Counted from the stretch's first letter, positions 20,765 through 30,737 are shown. The stretch: DNA of 64,000 bases from Alphaproteobacteria bacterium (GCA_965246875.1 CBDFFU010000006.1:512235-576234), one strand, 5' to 3'. Made by a program: numbers and translations. Notes: a model not told the origin generated them from the letters alone.

Positions 20765-21964
20765 TTAAGCGGCTTTGCGTTCTAACACTTGAACGCCCGG
20801 CAAAGTTTTGCCTTCCAACCATTCCAAAAATGCGCCACCAGCGGTCGAGACGTAGGAGAAATCGTCAATCGCACCGGCTTGTTCCAACGCAGACACCGTA
20901 TCGCCACCACCTGCGACGCTTTGCAACTGGCCAGATTTGGTCAATTCGGCAACAGCTTTGGCGAGGTCATTGGTGCCTTTGTCAAACGGCTTCACTTCGA
21001 ACACACCCATCGGCCCGTTCCACAACACGGTCTTGCAGGTTTTGAGAATGTCGCGCAAATTCTCAACGGTCGCTGGGCCAATATCCACGCCTTCTTGATC
21101 GGCTGGCAATTGATCGAATGGCACGATTGTGAATGGCACGTTTGCGCCGAATTCTTTAACGGCCACACGGTCCAGCGGCAAAACAATTTTGCAGCCCGCT
21201 TTTTCAGCGGTCGCCATGATTTTTTTGGCCTCCGGAATCATGTCGCGCTCGCACAAGGATTTGCCGACTTCGACATTCTGTGCGGCAAAAAACGTGTTCT
21301 GCATCCCGCCACCCAATACCAGATAATCTACTTTTTTCACCAGATTATCGAGGACGGAGAGTTTCGTCGAAATTTTCGAACCGCCGACAATCGCCATGAC
21401 CGGACGTGTCGGGTTTTCCAGACCGGCTTGCAATGCATCCAGCTCTTCCTGCATCAAACGACCGGCATAGGCTGGCAGCAATTTGGCAATGCCTTCGATG
21501 GACGCATGCGCGCGGTGGGCCACGGAAAAGGCATCGCTCACATAGATATCACCAAGTGCTGCCAGCTGTTTGGCAAAACCGGCATCGTTCTGTTCTTCTT
21601 CGGCATAAAAACGCAGATTTTCCAGCATGGCCACATCGCCGTTTTTCAATTGGGCAATCGCGGTCTTCGCCGTGTCACCAATGCAATCGGCAATGAAGGT
21701 GACATTCTGGCCCAGCAATTCAGATAATTTTGTCGCAATCGGCTGAACTGACAAGGTTGCGTCCTTGCCCTTTGGACGACCCAAATGGGTCAGGATAATG
21801 ACAATCGCGCCTTTGTCTTTGAGTTCCTGAATGGTGGCCAGGCCGCGCTCTAAGCGGGTGGCATCCTGAATCACGCCATCTTTGACCGGCACGTCAAATC
21901 CGGTGCGCAGCAGGATTTTCTTGCCGGTGACGTTTGTCAGGTCGGATAGGGTATTGAATGCCAT
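20765..21964 (-). CDS. pgk: Phosphoglycerate kinase
   Basis: Start set at MAFNTLSD (21964). RTGFDVPV, ILTHLGRPKG, GGGMQNTF, LWNGPMGVFE, GGGDTVSA. Confidence 0.93.
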   Translation of the reverse strand: MAFNTLSDLTNVTGKKILLRTGFDVPVKDGVIQDATRLERGLATIQELKDKGAIVIILTHLGRPKGKDATLSVQPIATKLSELLGQNVTFIADCIGDTAKTAIAQLKNGDVAMLENLRFYAEEEQNDAGFAKQLAALGDIYVSDAFSVAHRAHASIEGIAKLLPAYAGRLMQEELDALQAGLENPTRPVMAIVGGSKISTKLSVLDNLVKKVDYLVLGGGMQNTFFAAQNVEVGKSLCERDMIPEAKKIMATAEKAGCKIVLPLDRVAVKEFGANVPFTIVPFDQLPADQEGVDIGPATVENLRDILKTCKTVLWNGPMGVFEVKPFDKGTNDLAKAVAELTKSGQLQSVAGGGDTVSALEQAGAIDDFSYVSTAGGAFLEWLEGKTLPGVQVLERKAA

Positions 21965-22054
21965 TGTCTGCTCCAGAGAATAATCTATTATGGTTGGGCA
22001 AATTATGAGCCTCCTGCGACCGTGGCGCAAGTAGGTTAAGGCCCGAAAAAGGAT

Positions 22055-23539
22055 ATGCAAATGCCGTTTACACTCCGCCAATCTGTTTTGGTTCTCAGCC
22101 TGTTGACGTTGATTTTGCCATTACAGGCCTGCTCAACAAATGCTGCGACGGGGAAATCGATCTTTGCCGGTCTCATGAGTCCGCAAGACGAGCAAACGAC
22201 CGGTGATGAACAGCATAGCGACATCGTCAAACAATATGGCGGGGTCAGCGATAATACGGCCTTGAACCAGTATATCACCATGATTGGCACGAAGCTGGTG
22301 CCCTACACCGAACGTCGTGACGTGCCGAATTATACCTTTACCGTATTAAACACCGACGATATCAATGCCTTTGCCGTACCGGGCGGATATATTTATGTGA
22401 CCCGCGGCCTGTTGAATCTGGCACAAAACGAAGCACAAGTCGCTGGCGTCGTAGCGCATGAATTGGGTCATATTCAGGCGCGTCACTCGGCACAGCAATA
22501 TAGCCAAACCGCTGTCGCCAATATTGGGGTTGGGCTGCTGGGGTCGGTGCTGGGCGGTGCAACGGGTCAGCTGGCCAGTCAGGTTGCCGGTTTTGGCGCG
22601 CAGGCAGGCTTGTTGAAGTATTCGCGTGAAGATGAATATGAAGCCGATAGTTTGGGTATTCGCTATATGCAGCTGGCGAACTACGACCCGACCGAAATGG
22701 CGCATTTCCTGGAAATGCTGGAGCGTAACACACAATTTGAAAACAGCATCAGCAAAAGCGGCGGCGGTTCACAGCTGACATTCATGTCGACGCACCCTTC
22801 GACGCCAGCCCGTATTTCGCGTGCTTACGCCCTCGCATCACGTGCGCCACAGGCGCAATATAATCTGGGTCGTGACGCCTATTTAGCGGCCATTGACGGC
22901 ACAACCTACGGCGGCAGTACGACCTCTGGTTTTGTGCGCGGCAATGACTATATCCATCCCGGGATCGGCGTGCGCTTTACGGTGCCGGACGGATTTAATA
23001 TACAAAATGGCGACAAACAGGTCGTGGCCGAAAACGGTCATGGTGCGATCATCGTTTTTGACAGTGGCAAAGGAACAACAAACGACCCGCAAGCCTATCT
23101 GGCGCAAACCTGGCTGGCCAGTCAAAACCCGTCAAATGTCGAAACGATCACGGTCAATAATCTGCCAGCCGCGACCGGCGTCGCGCAGGTCAACACCTCT
23201 GGCGGGACGAAAGACGGACGTTTTGTTGCGTTAGCTGGTGACGGCGGTGAATTTTACCGTCTGGCGTTCCTGACCAATGTGGGTGACCAGGCAAAATACG
23301 CGGATGCGTTTAAACGCAGCACCTATAGTTTCAAAGCCTTAACCGCTGCAGACCGCGCCGCGCTCAGTCCAAACCGTGTCCGTTTGACGACAGTGCAAAG
23401 CGGCGATACCGTGGCGTCACTGGCACAAAAAATGGTTGTGCCAGATCATGCGGTTGACCGGTTTTGCCTGTTGAACGGCGTGACGCCGGAAACGGCATTA
23501 ACTGCTGGCAGCAAAATGAAAATTGTACAGGGCCACTAA
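22055..23539 (+). CDS. M48-family metalloprotease lipoprotein with C-terminal LysM domain
   Basis: Lipobox LPLQAC. VVAHELGHIQARH, EYEADSLG. C-terminal TVQSGDTVASLAQKM...LLNGV...LTAGSKMKIV is LysM-like. Confidence 0.8.
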   Translation: MQMPFTLRQSVLVLSLLTLILPLQACSTNAATGKSIFAGLMSPQDEQTTGDEQHSDIVKQYGGVSDNTALNQYITMIGTKLVPYTERRDVPNYTFTVLNTDDINAFAVPGGYIYVTRGLLNLAQNEAQVAGVVAHELGHIQARHSAQQYSQTAVANIGVGLLGSVLGGATGQLASQVAGFGAQAGLLKYSREDEYEADSLGIRYMQLANYDPTEMAHFLEMLERNTQFENSISKSGGGSQLTFMSTHPSTPARISRAYALASRAPQAQYNLGRDAYLAAIDGTTYGGSTTSGFVRGNDYIHPGIGVRFTVPDGFNIQNGDKQVVAENGHGAIIVFDSGKGTTNDPQAYLAQTWLASQNPSNVETITVNNLPAATGVAQVNTSGGTKDGRFVALAGDGGEFYRLAFLTNVGDQAKYADAFKRSTYSFKALTAADRAALSPNRVRLTTVQSGDTVASLAQKMVVPDHAVDRFCLLNGVTPETALTAGSKMKIVQGH

Positions 23540-23644
23540 CGCTCTTTGTATTAAGGAAAACATCGGCTCTGCTGCTAACGGTTCTTTCATAAGTTAGCCG
23601 CTACAGCTAGACTATAACGACACATAGTTTGAAGGTAACATCTT

Positions 23645-24262
23645 ATGGCTCACGATCCAATTACAAGCATGCTCGTCCCGATGGTCATCGAACAGACCAA
23701 CCGCGGCGAACGTTCATACGATATTTTCTCGCGTCTGCTCAAAGAACGCATTATTTTTCTGACCGGCGAAGTGAATGACCAGGTTTCGGCTTTGATCTGC
23801 GCGCAGCTGTTGTTCCTGGAATCGGAAAGCCCGTCCAAAGACATATCCTTTTACATCAACTCACCCGGTGGCGTTGTGACCTCCGGTATGGCGATGTATG
23901 ACACGATGCAATACATCAAATGCGATGTCTCGACTGTCTGTATCGGTCAGGCCTGTTCCATGGGGTCGTTGCTCTTGACCGCTGGTGCTGCCGGCAAACG
24001 CTATTGCTTGCCACACTCGCGTGTAATGGTGCATCAGCCACTGGGCGGTGCCCAAGGGCAGGCAACAGATATTCTGATCCACGCTGAAGAAATCCGCAAA
24101 ATGCGTAAAACCCTGTATGACGTCTATGTGCGTCACACCGGCCGCAGCTATGCGGAGATCGAACTGGCTCTAGAACGCGACAATTTCATGTCCGCCGAAC
24201 AAGCCAAAGAGTTTGGCCTGATTGACCATGTCGTCGACAGCCGTCCGGTTCCTGTTGTCTAA
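23645..24262 (+). CDS. clpP: ATP-dependent Clp protease proteolytic subunit
   Basis: [55 protein letters not shown]. Confidence 0.95.
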   Translation: MAHDPITSMLVPMVIEQTNRGERSYDIFSRLLKERIIFLTGEVNDQVSALICAQLLFLESESPSKDISFYINSPGGVVTSGMAMYDTMQYIKCDVSTVCIGQACSMGSLLLTAGAAGKRYCLPHSRVMVHQPLGGAQGQATDILIHAEEIRKMRKTLYDVYVRHTGRSYAEIELALERDNFMSAEQAKEFGLIDHVVDSRPVPVV

Positions 24263-24306
24263 ATCAGCCAGTTAATTACCGGTACCCGGTTAAGATAAAA
24301 CGCTAG

Positions 24307-24334
24307 TTGAAATCTTAACAACTCATCCCATATC
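24307..24334 (+). promoter_or_regulatory. Putative RpoH (sigma-32)-type heat-shock promoter for lon
   Basis: TTGAAA (24307-24312), a 14-nt spacer, then CCCATATC (24327-24334). This compares with the CTTGAA-N13-17-CCCCATnT consensus. A TATAAT hexamer also lies at 24338-24343. Confidence 0.4.
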
Positions 24335-24426
24335 ATGTATAATAGATCTTAGACGAGCAATGTCTCTTTTGAGTTGCTCGTCGTCATCTGCTTGCCGCTT
24401 CGCGGGAGCATCACCGGAGAGTATAT

Positions 24427-26880
24427 ATGACTGCAGAAATCCCATCAGAAAAAATCGTGACCGGCAATGTTTTCGCCGAAACGCCGCCTGCGCGGATACC
24501 TGTTCTGCCGTTACGCGATATTGTCGTGTTTCCGCATATGATCGTGCCGCTGTTTGTGGGACGTGAAAAATCCATTCAAGCGTTGGAAAGCGTGATGAAG
24601 GGCGACAAAAAAGTCATGCTTCTGACCCAAAAAGACATTGATCAGGTGCAACCCGAGGCAGACGATTTGTATCGCGTTGGCACGGTTGCGCACATCCTGC
24701 AATTGCTGAAATTATCGGATGGCACCGTCAAGGTCCTGATTGAAGGCTTGCACCGTGCCGAAGCCAGAGATTTAAACAATGGTGAACCATTCTTCACAGC
24801 ACAAATCAGTGCTTTGAGTGATGATGCAGCCAATCCGGATGAAGACATAGATGCCTTGCGCCGTGCCGCTCTCAACGCTGTCGAAAGTTATGCCAAGCTC
24901 AATAAAAAAATCCCGGCGGATACGTTGACAACCTTGCAACAGATGGACGATGAAGCAAAATTGGCTGATACACTGGCTGCCCATTTGCCACTCAAAATTC
25001 CGCAAAAGCAGCAAGTGCTGGAACTGAAAACGCCGTTTTCGCGTCTGGAAAAACTCTTCACCTTTATGGAAGAAGAGTTGGAATTGTTACAGGTCGAGCA
25101 AAAAATCCGCAAGCGTGTCAAAACGCAGATGGAGAAAAATCAGCGCGATTATTTTCTGAACGAGCAGATCAAGGCCATTCAAAAAGAATTGAACGAAGGC
25201 GATGATAACTCGACCGATCTCAAAGAACTGGAAGATAAGATCAAAAACCTCGCCGGTGTAATGCCGGAAGAGGTCAAGAAAAAAGCCGCTGATGAATTTA
25301 AAAAGCTTAAGGTCATGAACCCGATGGCAGGCGAATATTCAACCGTACGCAACTATCTCGACTGGTTGATCGCTGTGCCATGGGGCAAGAAAACACGTTT
25401 GCAGAAGAGCCTGAAAAAAGCCCAAACGGTGCTGGACAACGATCATTACGGTCTGGACAAAATCAAGGAACGGATCGTTGAATATATTGCTGTGCAGCAA
25501 CGTACCGAAAAGGTACGCTCATCCATCATGTGTTTGATCGGGCCACCAGGTGTTGGTAAAACGTCGCTCGGCAAATCCATTGCCAAAGCGACAGGCCGTA
25601 AATTTATCCGTGTCGCTCTAGGGGGCGTGCACGACGAGTCTGAAATCCGTGGTCATCGCCGGACTTATGTTGGTGCCATGCCCGGCAAGATTGTGCAAAG
25701 CATGAAAAAAGTTGGCGTCAATAATCCGGTCTTTATGCTGGATGAAATTGACAAAATGGGATCTGATTTCCGTGGCGATCCTGCAGCGGCATTGCTGGAG
25801 GTGTTAGACCCGGAACAAAACAACACATTCAACGATCACTATCTCGATGTGGATTACGATCTGTCTGATGTCATGTTTATCTGTACGGCAAACTCGACCA
25901 ACATTGCCCGGCCACTGCTCGACCGGATGGAAGTGATCCGGATTGCGGGTTACACCGAAGATGAAAAACTCGAAATTGCAAAAACCCATTTGATCGAAAA
26001 GCAAATCGATATGAATGGTTTGCGCAAGGATGAATTGGTCATTGCCGATGAGGCCATCCGTGACTTGGTGCGCTATTACACGCGTGAAAGTGGCGTGCGA
26101 AATCTGGAACGCGAAATTGCCAACATTGCGCGCAAAGCGGTGAAACGCATTTTGCTGAAAGATACAAAACAGGTCACCGTCGACAGTACCAATCTCGGTG
26201 ATTTTGCCGGTGTGCGTAAACATCGCTTTGGTGAGATTGAAACCAACGATCTGGCTGGCATTGTCACCGGCCTGGCGTGGACGGAAGTCGGCGGCGATCT
26301 GCTCTCTATCGAGGCTGTGACACTGCCAGGCGAAGGCAAAGTGACGACGACCGGGAAACTGGGCGAGGTCATGAAAGAATCGGTGATAGCGGCCGAGATG
26401 CTCATCAAATCGCGCGCCAAGGATTTCGGTATTGTCTATGATGAGCTGAAAACCAAAAACGTGCATGTTCACGTTCCTGAAGGGGCCACACCAAAGGATG
26501 GTCCATCAGCCGGTATTGCCATGGTCACGTCGATCGTCTCAATTTTGACGGGCATTCCGGTGCGCCGTGATATTGCGATGACGGGCGAAATCACCTTGCG
26601 TGGTCGCGTCTTTCCTATCGGTGGCTTGAAAGAAAAACTGCTGGCGGCTTTGCGTGGTGGTGTCAAAACGGTGTTGATCCCGTATGATAATGTTAAAGAT
26701 CTGGCCGACATTCCGGACAATGTGAAAAACGGTTTGGAAATCATTCCGGTTGAAATGATCGACCAAGTGCTGAAACATGCACTGGTTCGACCGATCACAC
26801 CGTTGCCAGACCCGGCACTAAAAAGTGATTTGCCGTTAAATGCCGGTGAATCTGCTGCAGAAACACCGATCCATCATTGA
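24427..26880 (+). CDS. lon: ATP-dependent Lon protease
   Basis: PVLPLRDIVVFPHMIVPLFVGR, GPPGVGKTS, DEIDKM, PKDGPSAGIAMVTSIVS (catalytic Ser), GLKEKLLAA. Confidence 0.95.
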   Translation: MTAEIPSEKIVTGNVFAETPPARIPVLPLRDIVVFPHMIVPLFVGREKSIQALESVMKGDKKVMLLTQKDIDQVQPEADDLYRVGTVAHILQLLKLSDGTVKVLIEGLHRAEARDLNNGEPFFTAQISALSDDAANPDEDIDALRRAALNAVESYAKLNKKIPADTLTTLQQMDDEAKLADTLAAHLPLKIPQKQQVLELKTPFSRLEKLFTFMEEELELLQVEQKIRKRVKTQMEKNQRDYFLNEQIKAIQKELNEGDDNSTDLKELEDKIKNLAGVMPEEVKKKAADEFKKLKVMNPMAGEYSTVRNYLDWLIAVPWGKKTRLQKSLKKAQTVLDNDHYGLDKIKERIVEYIAVQQRTEKVRSSIMCLIGPPGVGKTSLGKSIAKATGRKFIRVALGGVHDESEIRGHRRTYVGAMPGKIVQSMKKVGVNNPVFMLDEIDKMGSDFRGDPAAALLEVLDPEQNNTFNDHYLDVDYDLSDVMFICTANSTNIARPLLDRMEVIRIAGYTEDEKLEIAKTHLIEKQIDMNGLRKDELVIADEAIRDLVRYYTRESGVRNLEREIANIARKAVKRILLKDTKQVTVDSTNLGDFAGVRKHRFGEIETNDLAGIVTGLAWTEVGGDLLSIEAVTLPGEGKVTTTGKLGEVMKESVIAAEMLIKSRAKDFGIVYDELKTKNVHVHVPEGATPKDGPSAGIAMVTSIVSILTGIPVRRDIAMTGEITLRGRVFPIGGLKEKLLAALRGGVKTVLIPYDNVKDLADIPDNVKNGLEIIPVEMIDQVLKHALVRPITPLPDPALKSDLPLNAGESAAETPIHH

Positions 26881-26904
26881 ATTTATTGTAAAATCAGGTA
26901 AGAC

Positions 26905-26936
26905 AGAAGGGCGGTTCCATTGGAATCGCCCTTCTT
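26905..26936 (+). terminator. Long hairpin downstream of lon (possible terminator)
   Basis: AGAAGGGCGgTTCCAtTGGAAtCGCCCTTCT is a near-perfect hairpin. There is no clear T-run after it. Confidence 0.45.
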
Positions 26937-26962
26937 AATATATGTAACAAAGGGGAACCCCT

Positions 26963-27274
26963 GTGAATAAACTCGAACTCGCGACATATGTCGCCGAACA
27001 AGCCGGCATCAGCCAGGCCGCTGCACAAAAAGCTCTGGATGCAGCTTTTGAAGGCATTACCGTTTCGCTGCAAAAAGGCAACGACGTCCGCCTCGTTGGC
27101 TTTGGCACATTTTCAAAGTCGCACCGCAAAGCCCGCGATGGCCGTAACCCAGCCACCGGTGCCACGATTAAAATCGCCGCGTCGAACCAGGCCAAATTCA
27201 CTGCTGGTAAAGGCCTGAAAGACGCTGTCAACGATACGAACACGACAGCCACCAAAACAAATGGCACGAAATAA
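26963..27274 (+). CDS. hupB: HU-family DNA-binding protein
   Basis: GTG start. MNKLELATYVAEQAGISQAAAQKALDA...VRLVGFGTF...RKARDGRNPATG..I.I.A...KF.AGK. Confidence 0.9.
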   Translation: MNKLELATYVAEQAGISQAAAQKALDAAFEGITVSLQKGNDVRLVGFGTFSKSHRKARDGRNPATGATIKIAASNQAKFTAGKGLKDAVNDTNTTATKTNGTK

Positions 27275-27295
27275 ATTTCGTTCCCGTTTTAAGGG

Positions 27296-27329
27296 CGCCG
27301 GACAGAGTAATTTGTCCGGCGTTTTTTTT
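27296..27329 (+). terminator. Rho-independent terminator after hupB
   Basis: CGCCGGACA gagtaatt TGTCCGGCG followed by TTTTTTTT. Confidence 0.75.
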
Positions 27330-27346
27330 AGCTACAGGATTTTACT

Positions 27347-28210
27347 GTGATAGACGATAATCCCCACACCGACACCCCTTATATTACGGCTGGCCTGTTT
27401 GTGCTGACGATTGTGTTGTGTATGTGGATTACCATTGACCCCATTCATCATGCGGCCCTGTTTCAACAGGGCAGCTTTTGGCCAGGCACAGGGTTTGGCC
27501 GGCGCCGTTTATTTCGTGAGGCTGTGTCTATTCATCGCATGACACCAGAAAACCGCATTATTACCGTTACAATTTTTCACAGCTTTTTCAATATTTTTGC
27601 TTTGGCGGTGTTTGGCGATAACGTCGAATATGCGATGGGCCGTGGGCGTTACATCATTTTTATTCTGATTGCAGCCGTGATGACCATGTTTGCACAATTC
27701 TGTTTGCAAAGCGGGTCGCATAATCTGCAGATCGGTATCGGCGGCATTGTCGCAGCAATCATGGGCGCCTATGTCTGGATCTTTCCAGGGCAGGACATCA
27801 TCATGGGCTGGGGCTATAACTTGCCTAACCGTTTGTGGCGCTGGAACCTTGATGATGACGGATTTCGCATCAATGTCATGTTTCTGGTCGGGTTCTTCTT
27901 TTTGCTCAACCTCGCGTTTGCGTTCATCATGTCCCGTCACCCAAATGGCTTGAGCTATTGGGCACAAGTCAGCGGCTTTGTGATTGGCTATATTTTGGCG
28001 CGGTTTTTTCGTGATCCCACCGTGTCACTCGAAGAAGCGTTGCCTTACATCCCGGAAAAAGACACACGCTGGGATTATCTGAAAACGCTCAAAGGCAAAC
28101 CAATGCCCTATCAAAAATATAAATATCAGGACTATGCAATTCAAGCGGATGATACGCCTCTTACCTTGGAGGATGATCAAGCTGCAAATGAGGTGACGGA
28201 TAGTCGTTAA
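27347..28210 (+). CDS. Rhomboid-family membrane protein, apparently lacking the catalytic residues
   Basis: GTG start. HSFFNIFALAVFGDNVEYAMG aligns with the rhomboid H-x3-N...G..vE..lG region. The GxSG position reads GIGG and the AH-x-x-G position reads AQVSG. Confidence 0.6.
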   Translation: MIDDNPHTDTPYITAGLFVLTIVLCMWITIDPIHHAALFQQGSFWPGTGFGRRRLFREAVSIHRMTPENRIITVTIFHSFFNIFALAVFGDNVEYAMGRGRYIIFILIAAVMTMFAQFCLQSGSHNLQIGIGGIVAAIMGAYVWIFPGQDIIMGWGYNLPNRLWRWNLDDDGFRINVMFLVGFFFLLNLAFAFIMSRHPNGLSYWAQVSGFVIGYILARFFRDPTVSLEEALPYIPEKDTRWDYLKTLKGKPMPYQKYKYQDYAIQADDTPLTLEDDQAANEVTDSR

Positions 28211-28307
28211 AATGTCACGAATAGCTATTTTAATATGGCAAAAATCATAGATTGACATTTGCCTGACGTCTGTCTAGCCTGTCGGCTTCAAAGCAGCGAT
28301 GTTTTGC

Positions 28308-28382
28308 GGGCAGTTAGCTCAGCGGTAGAGCGTTTCGTTTACACCGAAGTGGTCGGGGGTTCGATCCCCTCACTGCCCACCA
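28308..28382 (+). tRNA. tRNA-Val (anticodon TAC)
   Basis: 75-nt cloverleaf folded by hand. Acceptor GGGCAGT/ACTGCCC, anticodon loop TT-TAC-AC, T-loop TTCGATC, encoded CCA. Confidence 0.9.
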
Positions 28383-28399
28383 CTTCCCCAGATGATGTT

Positions 28400-28474
28400 G
28401 GGCGTATGGCTCAGCGGTAGAGCGTTCCCTTCACACGGGAGAGGTCACAGGTTCAATCCCTGTTACGCCCACCA
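28400..28474 (+). tRNA. tRNA-Val (anticodon CAC)
   Basis: 75-nt cloverleaf. Acceptor GGGCGTA/TACGCCC, anticodon loop TT-CAC-AC, T-loop TTCAATC, encoded CCA. Confidence 0.88.
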
Positions 28475-28745
28475 GATTTCAAGCACTTAATTAGCACGCC
28501 ATCTTGAATTTATCTCTAGTTCTACCTTAGTGCTACCGCAAAAATTAATTGCTAATCTTAGAGTTTGTCAGGAATATTGTATCTGACTGCTGGCCCTCTT
28601 AGTCCTGTCTATCCAGGTCGGATTTTCTTTTTGCACCAAAGCCAATTTTTGCACAGACAGCCATTCCAATGCGTCTAACGTAAGGCGTCACGCCTGAAGT
28701 GGCGATCCGTTCGAGTACAACTTTTGCCAACACTACACTAGAATT

Positions 28746-29233
28746 TTGGCTGGCGGTGCAGGGGAATTACCCATCCTTGAGTGGGACGTGTCATACCGAT
28801 CGGGATGCAATGGGTCATTACTGCTGTTTTGTGCCGATCGACAAGGCTCTTTTGTCTGTCGGTTGATGTACGATGTCAGCGTAGCCCTTCCGCCCGTGAT
28901 GACGCTTACACAACAAATATTGTGCTGCAAACCAATAATCTGGCACCGTTTTTCGATAAATGCGTAACCGGAACCTGCATGGAAGAAGCAGGCAAACGGG
29001 ATAAACCGTCTGCTGATATGATTGATCATCTGGTGGCGCGTTTTCATCTCGATAAACACAACGCAATTGTTGTCGGTGATACAACACACGATATCCACAT
29101 GGCACAAGCCGCGAATATTCCCGTCATCGCCATCAGCCACGGCAGCCATGATAGTGAACGCCTGACGAATGCCAAGCCAGATCATCTGGTGCATTCGATT
29201 GCGGAATTGAATGATTTGTTGTTAAGTTTGTAA
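28746..29233 (+). pseudogene. HAD-IA hydrolase (phosphoglycolate phosphatase-like), C-terminal half only; probably truncated or degraded
   Basis: The 28781-29233 frame ends with LAPFFDKCVTG....KPSADMIDHLVARFHL..HNAIVVGDTTHDIHMAQAANIPVIAISHG...KPDHLVHSIAEL, which are HAD motifs III and IV. I found no DxDGT motif I in any frame of 28480-28900. Confidence 0.45.
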
Positions 29234-29235
29234 TC

Positions 29236-30150
29236 ATGCCCATCAAAATTCCCCAAACACTCCCCGGCCGTGCGGTTCTTGAACAAGAACATGTGTCATT
29301 CATTCTGGAAGACCGCGCGATGCGGCAGGATATTCGGCCTTTGCAGGTTGCCATTCTTAATCTGATGCCGGACAAGGTGACGACGGAAACGCAATTGTTG
29401 CGTGCGCTCGGTAACTCGCCATTGCAGGTGGAGATCACCTTGCTCCACATGGCCAGCCACACCAGCAAGAATACAACACAAGACCATCTGGCGGCGTTTT
29501 ACCAGACCTTTGCCGACGTCAAACACCGCAATTTCGATGCGCTGATTGTCACCGGCGCACCGGTTGAACATGTGCCGTTTGAAGAGATTACCTATTGGGA
29601 TGAACTGACGCAGATCCTCGACTGGGCCAAAACCCATGTCTACAGCAGCCTGTTCTTATGCTGGGCCGCGTTTGCCGGCCTGTATTATTATAATGACGTA
29701 CCGAAATACAGCCTGCCGCAGAAAATGTCTGGCGTGTACCGCCACAAATTGCTGACACCGTTTGTGCCGCTGATGGCCGGGTTTGACGACCGGTTTGATG
29801 TGCCGGTGTCACGCAACACGGAAATCCGTGCCGCTGATATTGCGCTGCATGCTGCGCTGGAAATTTTAACCGCGTCCGAAGAGTCCGGCATTTTCATTGT
29901 CGAGGACGCTGCGCATCGCCGTGTCTATATTCTCAATCATCTGGAGTATGACGCTGACACGCTGCAAAAAGAATATGCGCGCGATGTCGCAACCGGCCTC
30001 AACCCGCATGTGCCGCACAATTATTTTCCCGATAACGACCCGACCCTGCCGCCACGCATCACCTGGCGCGCGCACCGCACGTTGCTGTTTTGCAACTGGC
30101 TGAACATGGTGTATCAGGGTACACCGTTTGATTTAGCCGAACTGGGATAA
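29236..30150 (+). CDS. metA: Homoserine O-acyltransferase (MetA family)
   Basis: MPIKIPQTLPGRAVLEQE...IRPLQVAILNLMPDKVTTETQLLRAL, VTGAPVE, LFLCWAAFAGLYY, HLEYDA. Confidence 0.9.
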   Translation: MPIKIPQTLPGRAVLEQEHVSFILEDRAMRQDIRPLQVAILNLMPDKVTTETQLLRALGNSPLQVEITLLHMASHTSKNTTQDHLAAFYQTFADVKHRNFDALIVTGAPVEHVPFEEITYWDELTQILDWAKTHVYSSLFLCWAAFAGLYYYNDVPKYSLPQKMSGVYRHKLLTPFVPLMAGFDDRFDVPVSRNTEIRAADIALHAALEILTASEESGIFIVEDAAHRRVYILNHLEYDADTLQKEYARDVATGLNPHVPHNYFPDNDPTLPPRITWRAHRTLLFCNWLNMVYQGTPFDLAELG

Positions 30151-30153
30151 GTT

Positions 30154-30642
30154 ATGCGCCAACGTTTTACGCTGTTTGATAACAAACCCCACGGCATCCG
30201 CGCCGCGGGTATCGTCATTCACAACGATCAGATTTTGCTAATGCACCGGATCAAAGACGGCCAGGAATTTTATGTGCTGCCGGGTGGCGGGGTGGAGGCT
30301 GGCGATACCATTCAACACACCATCATTCGTGAAATCGCCGAAGAAACCTGTCAACAGGTCACTGTCAATTACATTGCCTATCATCTCGATTTTCCCGATA
30401 ACAGCGATCACTATATCGGCGTCTGCACCTATATTGGCGGTGGCGAGGTGAAGCTAGGCGGCGAGGAGGCAGACCGCCAGACGGAACAGAATCAATATCA
30501 CCCACAATGGGTGCCACTCTCAGCCGTGCCGAATCTGACATTATACCCAGAACGCCTGGCCGATTGGCTGCGCGATGATCTGCCTGCCTTGCAACTTGGC
30601 GAGACGATCAGTCGGCATGACACGATTTTGTTTACGCGCTGA
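30154..30642 (+). CDS. NUDIX hydrolase
   Basis: Nudix box GGGVEAGDTIQHTIIREIAEETCQ. Confidence 0.8.
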   Translation: MRQRFTLFDNKPHGIRAAGIVIHNDQILLMHRIKDGQEFYVLPGGGVEAGDTIQHTIIREIAEETCQQVTVNYIAYHLDFPDNSDHYIGVCTYIGGGEVKLGGEEADRQTEQNQYHPQWVPLSAVPNLTLYPERLADWLRDDLPALQLGETISRHDTILFTR

Positions 30643-30737
30643 TCAGGCCGTTAAATGCTTGGGAAAAAGCCCTAAGTAGCAGACAAATTTTCCGTTTGAC
30701 ACCCTTTGCAAAACCCCCTATGGTGTGCCTCTCTAAT

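Noticed and set aside
28475-28745. Possible integrative element at the tRNA-Val or tRNA-Asp genes
   Set aside because: No integrase or recombinase ORF is present. I could find no direct repeat of either tRNA 3' end downstream.
28733-29194. 153-aa minus-strand ORF over the HAD remnant
   Set aside because: It is antisense to the recognisable HAD motifs III and IV and has no motifs of its own.
29200-29236. Looked for a SAM-II (metA-type) riboswitch upstream of metA
   Set aside because: metA starts 2 nt after the upstream ORF's stop. There is no leader space, and I saw no SAM-II-like pseudoknot sequence in the preceding 200 nt.
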